Shown here: positions 31,452 to 36,244 of the stretch, piece after piece
Layout of the letters: each line of letters begins with the position of its first letter
Position numbering within the stretch: the first letter of the stretch is position 1
DNA from: Dehalococcoidia bacterium
GTDB lineage: Bacteria > Chloroflexota > Dehalococcoidia > UBA2979
Direction of reading: 5' to 3'
Assembly (NCBI GenBank): GCA_034420495.1
Contig: DAOULG010000141.1
Coordinates: 1-36,244 of the forward strand
DNA length: 36,244 nucleotides
Notes under the pieces: model-generated
Databases searched by the model: none
The model's input: the letters and a program-made list of their open reading frames with translations, nothing else
What the model was told of the DNA's origin: nothing
Program-made: the position numbers and the translations under genes

Positions 31452-32342
31452 CTAGCCGCCGGGGTCGTCGTCCGCGGCGGGCTCCACGGCGTGGCCCCCG
31501 AACTCCCGCCTCAGCGCCGCGATCAGCCGGAGCCCGAGCCCGTCCTCGCGGCGGGAGTCGAAGCGGGCGAAGAGCGAGTGCGCGATGCCCGCCGCCGGCA
31601 CGCCGCGCTCCACCGCCTCCGTCACGGTCCACCGCCCCTCGCCGGAGTCCTCGACGTGGGCGCGCAGGCCCCTCAGGCCGGGGTCGCGCGCCAGCGCCTG
31701 CTCGCCGAGCTCGAGCAGCCACGAGCGCACGACGCTGCCGTGGTTCCAGAGCGAGGCGACGGCCCGGAGGTCGATGGGCTCGTCGTAGGCGTCGAGGAGC
31801 TCGAAGCCCTCGCCGTAGGCCTGGAGCATCGCGTACTCGATGCCGTTGTGGATCATCTTCACGTAGTGGCCGGAGCCGGCCGCTCCGACGTGGAGGTAGC
31901 CGCCCGCGGGCGCGAGCGCGGTGAAGAGGGGCTCGACGCGCTCGACCGCCTCGCGGGATCCCCCCACCATCAGGCAGAAGCCCTCGGTGAGCCCCCAGAC
32001 GCCTCCCGAGGTGCCGCAGTCGACGAGGTGGATCCCGCGCCCTGCGAGCTCGGAGGAGCGGCGGATCGAGTCGCGGTAGTGGCTGTTGCCGCCCTCGATC
32101 ACGACGTCGCCCGCACCGAGCGCGGCGGCGAGCGCGCCGACGCTCTGCTCGGTCGGGCCGCCGGCGGGCACCATCACCCAGACGATGCGCGGCGCCGGGA
32201 GCTGCGCCACCATCTCCTCGAGCGAGCCGGCGTCGGAGATGTCGGGGTCCCGGTCGTAGCCGATCACCTCGTGCCCGGCGCGCCGCAGGCGCTCCCGGAT
32301 GCCCGCGCCCATGCGGCCCAGACCGACGAGCCCGATCCTCAT
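31452..32342 (-). CDS. gnd: 6-phosphogluconate dehydrogenase, decarboxylating, short (~300 aa, YqeC/Gnd-like) form, 296 aa
   Basis: ATG after GGGAGGGGG. Rossmann motif MRIGLVGLGRMGAGI. Also GGNSHYRDS, DCGTSGGVWG, GSGHYVKMIHNGIEYAMLQAYGEG. Confidence 0.85.
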   Translation of the reverse strand: MRIGLVGLGRMGAGIRERLRRAGHEVIGYDRDPDISDAGSLEEMVAQLPAPRIVWVMVPAGGPTEQSVGALAAALGAGDVVIEGGNSHYRDSIRRSSELAGRGIHLVDCGTSGGVWGLTEGFCLMVGGSREAVERVEPLFTALAPAGGYLHVGAAGSGHYVKMIHNGIEYAMLQAYGEGFELLDAYDEPIDLRAVASLWNHGSVVRSWLLELGEQALARDPGLRGLRAHVEDSGEGRWTVTEAVERGVPAAGIAHSLFARFDSRREDGLGLRLIAALRREFGGHAVEPAADDDPGG

Positions 32343-32369
32343 CGTGCCCCCTCCCGCCGGCGCCGCGCC

Positions 32370-35042
32370 TCAGCCCGACGCCGCAAGCGCCTCCAGCTCC
32401 TCCCGGTCGACGCGCGCGACGGCCCGGCCGTGCGCCCGGAGCGCCGCGAGGTCGCCCGCCGCCTGCGCCCGCTTCAGCGCGCCGAAGTCGTACCCCGCGC
32501 CGGGGATCGGGAGCGCCACGGAGTCCTCGCCGACGAGCTGCAGGAAGACGCCGCCCGCCGGCCCCCCCTTGTGCAGCTGCCCCGTCGAGTGCAGGAAGCG
32601 CGGGCCGTAGCCGACGGTCGTCGCGACCCGGTAGCGCTCGCGCAGCGCGGCGCGGACGGCCTGCAGCCCCCGGTCATTCTCCTCGCTGCGCGGCAGGTAC
32701 GCGAGGATCGCGATGTAGCCGCCGGGCTCGATCGCCGCGAGCAGCTCCCCGGCGCGCGGCGTGGCGGTCTCCACGGCCTCGCCGGCGAGGACGCCGGCCG
32801 TCCGCTCCTTCGCCTCCTGGACGTTCGGCTGATCGAAGGGGTGGACGCCGAGCAGGTGCGAGGCGACGGCCGTCGCGAACTCCCAGCGGTAGAACTCGCC
32901 GCCGAGCTGCTCCGGGCCGACGTGCGGGAGCCGGATGACGGGGTGCCCGGCGGCCTCGAGGGCGTCGAGGGCCGGCCCGGAGCCGTCGGGCTCCCCGATC
33001 GCGACGAAGAGCCGGTCGCTCCCGTAGTGGTCCGGCGGGCCCAGGGGCTCGCCCTCGACGGGGAGGATCCCCGTCCCCCCCTTGCCGGTGGACTCGGCGA
33101 GGAGCTGCTCGACCCAGCACCCGAAGCTCGCGATCTCCCCGGGCAGCACGAGCGTGAGCTTGTCGCGCCCGGCCGCCTGGGCCTCCCCGAGCGCGGCGCC
33201 GAGCCACGCGCCGGGGTTGTCCGAGGCCGGCACGCAGGTGTGGCAGGCGCGGCGCATCGAGGCGGCGTCCTCGAGCACGGCGCCGATGGGGACGCCGGCC
33301 AGCGCCGCCGGGAGCAGGCCGAAGTAGGAGAGGGCCGAGTAGCGCCCCCCGACGTCGGGCGGGTTCTCGAAGACGCGCCGGAACCGCCGCCGCTCGGCGA
33401 GCGCCGCGAGCGGGCTCCCCGCGTCGGTGATCGCGATGAAGTGGCGGCCCGCGCCCGGGTCCTCGCGCTCCAGGCGCTCCCAGAAGAACTCGAGCTGCGA
33501 GCGCGTCTCGACCGTCGTCCCGGACTTGCTGGCGGCGATGTAGAGGGTGCGTCCCGGCGGCAGGCGCTCCGCGGCCCCCGCGATGGCCTGCGGGTCGGTC
33601 GTGTCGAGGACGACGAGCTCGAGGCCGTCGGGCGCCGGCCCGGACGCGGCGGCCATGACCTCCGGCGCGAGGCTCGACCCCCCCATCCCCATGAGCAGCG
33701 CGGTGCGATAGCCCGCGTCGGCGACCTGCCGCGCGAATCCCTCCATCTCGGGGACGCGGCCGCGCATCTCCTCGTCGAGGGCGAGCCAGCCCAGGCGGTC
33801 GGCGATCTCGCGGGGACCGTCGGCCCACAGCGTGTGATCGCCGGCCCAGAGCCGGCGGACCACCTCACCCTCCGCGAGCGCCGCGAGGCGGTCGGAGAGC
33901 CGGGGCGCGAGCGCGCCGAGCCCGCTCCCGTCGCTGCGGCCGCGGGGATCGGTCAGCGCGGAGAGGGAGGCGTCGATGCAGTCGAGCAGGGAGCGGAAGT
34001 CGGCGGCGAAGGAGTCCAGGCCCTCCGTGAGCAGCTCGTCGGTGGCGCGCCCGACGTCGATGCCCGCCCCGGCGAGGCGCTCCATCACCGCCTGCGCCTC
34101 CGCCATCGCGGGCTCGTCGATGCCCCCCTCCGGGTTCCCGTGGTCGGCGAAGGCGAGCAGCGTCGCCTCCGGGAGGGTGTTGACGGTGTCCGGGGCGACG
34201 AGCTCGTCGACGTAGAGCACGTCCGGGTAGGCGGCGTTCTTCGTGCTCGTCGACGCCCAGAGCGGGCGCTGCACGCGCGCCCCGGCGGCGGCGAGCCGCT
34301 CCCAGCGCGGTCCGCTGAAGCGCTCCAGGAAGAGCCGGTAGGCGAGGCGGGCGTTGGCGACCGCGGCGCTCCCGAGGAGCGACGAACCCTCGGGGAGCCA
34401 GCCGTCCACCTTGCTGTCGAGGCGCGAGACGAAGAAGGAGGCGACCGAGGCGAGGTCGCCGAGCGGCAGCCCCTGCTCGAGCCGGCGCTCCAGCCCCTCG
34501 ATGTAGGCCTCCGCGACGCGCTCGTAGACGCCGACGCCGAAGAGCAGCGTGACGTTGACGCTCGCGCCCTGCGCGGTGAGCTCGCGGAGCGCCTCGACCC
34601 CCGCGTCGGTGCCGGGCACCTTGATCATGACGTTGGGGCGCCCGACGGCCTCGCGCAGCCGGTGCGCCTCGCGCACGGTCGCCCCGGCATCGTGCTCGAT
34701 CCCGGGCGGCGCCTCGAAGGAGACGTAGCCGTCGGCGCCGCCGCTCTCGTCGTAGACGCCGCGGAAGAGGTCGGCGGCGCGCCGGAGGTCGTCGCTCGCG
34801 ATGCGGACGAAGGCCTCGTAGGCGCCCTCAGCGCCCGCGCGCGCGGCCTCGCGCAGCGCGTCGTCGTAGCGGGCCGAGCCCGAGATCGCGCGGTTGAAGA
34901 TGGTCGGGTTGGAGGTGAGCCCGGTGATCCAGCCCTCGCGCACGTAGCGCTCGAGCTGCCCCGAGTCGAGCATCCCGCGGTGGATGAAGTCGAGCCACAC
35001 GCTCTGCCCGCGCTCGCGCAGCCGCCCGATGGTCTCCGGCAT
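32370..35042 (-). CDS. tal-pgi: Bifunctional transaldolase / glucose-6-phosphate isomerase fusion, 890 aa
   Basis: The N-terminal ~365 aa are transaldolase: GQSVWLDFIHRGML, GLTSNPTIF, VMIKVPGT (Schiff-base Lys context). The C-terminal ~500 aa are PGI: LMGMGGSSLAPE, YIAASKSGTTVETRS, GGRYSALS. ATG at 35042 after GGAGGG. Confidence 0.9.
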   Translation of the reverse strand: MPETIGRLRERGQSVWLDFIHRGMLDSGQLERYVREGWITGLTSNPTIFNRAISGSARYDDALREAARAGAEGAYEAFVRIASDDLRRAADLFRGVYDESGGADGYVSFEAPPGIEHDAGATVREAHRLREAVGRPNVMIKVPGTDAGVEALRELTAQGASVNVTLLFGVGVYERVAEAYIEGLERRLEQGLPLGDLASVASFFVSRLDSKVDGWLPEGSSLLGSAAVANARLAYRLFLERFSGPRWERLAAAGARVQRPLWASTSTKNAAYPDVLYVDELVAPDTVNTLPEATLLAFADHGNPEGGIDEPAMAEAQAVMERLAGAGIDVGRATDELLTEGLDSFAADFRSLLDCIDASLSALTDPRGRSDGSGLGALAPRLSDRLAALAEGEVVRRLWAGDHTLWADGPREIADRLGWLALDEEMRGRVPEMEGFARQVADAGYRTALLMGMGGSSLAPEVMAAASGPAPDGLELVVLDTTDPQAIAGAAERLPPGRTLYIAASKSGTTVETRSQLEFFWERLEREDPGAGRHFIAITDAGSPLAALAERRRFRRVFENPPDVGGRYSALSYFGLLPAALAGVPIGAVLEDAASMRRACHTCVPASDNPGAWLGAALGEAQAAGRDKLTLVLPGEIASFGCWVEQLLAESTGKGGTGILPVEGEPLGPPDHYGSDRLFVAIGEPDGSGPALDALEAAGHPVIRLPHVGPEQLGGEFYRWEFATAVASHLLGVHPFDQPNVQEAKERTAGVLAGEAVETATPRAGELLAAIEPGGYIAILAYLPRSEENDRGLQAVRAALRERYRVATTVGYGPRFLHSTGQLHKGGPAGGVFLQLVGEDSVALPIPGAGYDFGALKRAQAAGDLAALRAHGRAVARVDREELEALAASG

Positions 35043-35086
35043 GCGTCCCTCCGGTCGCCCCGTCCCGGACCCTACCGCACGGACGC

Positions 35087-35128
35087 CGCCGGCCGGACCC
35101 CGCCGGCCGGACCCCGCCGGCCGGACCC
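35087..35128. repeat. Perfect 3 x 14-bp head-to-tail tandem repeat (plus strand CGCCGGCCGGACCC; sense strand of the operon GGGTCCGGCCGGCG)
   Basis: Counted base by base: 35087-35100, 35101-35114 and 35115-35128 are identical. Each unit contains the 8-bp palindrome CCGGCCGG. The repeat lies in the 99-nt tkt / tal-pgi intercistronic spacer. Confidence 0.95.
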
Positions 35129-35141
35129 CCCACCGGGGGCC

Positions 35142-36244
<1,103 letters not shown>

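Noticed and set aside
35087-35128. Tandem repeat considered as a CRISPR array or as a G-quadruplex element
   Set aside because: It is not a CRISPR array: the units are 14 bp and directly abutting with no spacers, and no cas genes are present. A G-quadruplex is unlikely: the sense strand has G runs, but the intervening 10-nt segments are strongly self-complementary (CCGGCCGG), so duplex hairpins should dominate.

Overview
About 75% G+C by eye. This looks like a chromosomal segment from a high-GC Actinomycetota-type genome; a Rubrobacteria- or Thermoleophilia-like origin is only a guess. I call 29 protein-coding genes, two of them cut by the window edges. I see no rRNA, tRNA, CRISPR array, transposase, integrase or phage gene, and no recognisable DNA-binding regulator. 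The extreme GC content leaves long stop-free ORFs in all six frames. Real genes were therefore chosen by recognisable family motifs, SD-like GGAGG boxes and start/stop junctions. Most tracked ORFs are Arg/Gly/Pro/Ala-rich artefacts, or real genes with spurious N-terminal extensions. GTG starts and 1-4 nt start/stop overlaps (GTGA, TAGTG) are common.

Layout:
(1) 1-1243: threonine dehydratase, 5' partial.
(2) 1301-5168, minus strand: a tightly coupled four-gene operon of crotonase, cyclic amidohydrolase (hydantoinase-like), isochorismatase-type cysteine hydrolase and Amidohydro_2. It diverges from an Amidohydro_2 + LLM oxidoreductase pair at 5338-7365.
(3) 7432-14680: a long co-directional minus-strand string of YHS protein, YibE/F membrane protein, PLP histidine decarboxylase, double-ACT protein, acyl-CoA dehydrogenase and a tandem-fused double family-III CoA-transferase.
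(4) 14811-18166, plus strand: YyaL/DUF255 thioredoxin-like protein, alpha/beta hydrolase and an IsdG/MhuD-like ABM monooxygenase.
(5) 18144-24658, minus strand: lhr-yjbQ and VOC-rnd.
(6) 24767-29332: a ROK kinase lacking the zinc motif, glgC and otsBA.
(7) 29322-36244, minus strand: the pentose-phosphate operon tkt, tal-pgi fusion, gnd, zwf and pgl.

I do not see a recognisable defence or mobile system. The best candidates for undescribed biology are:
- the single-chain double CoA-transferase with non-identical catalytic carboxylates;
- the orphan histidine decarboxylase paired with a stand-alone ACT protein;
- the crotonase-hydantoinase-cysteine hydrolase-amidohydrolase operon;
- the Lhr/YjbQ translational coupling next to a DEDD exoribonuclease;
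- a perfect 3 x 14-bp tandem repeat inside the PPP operon.

All functional calls rest on motif recognition by eye, with no database search.
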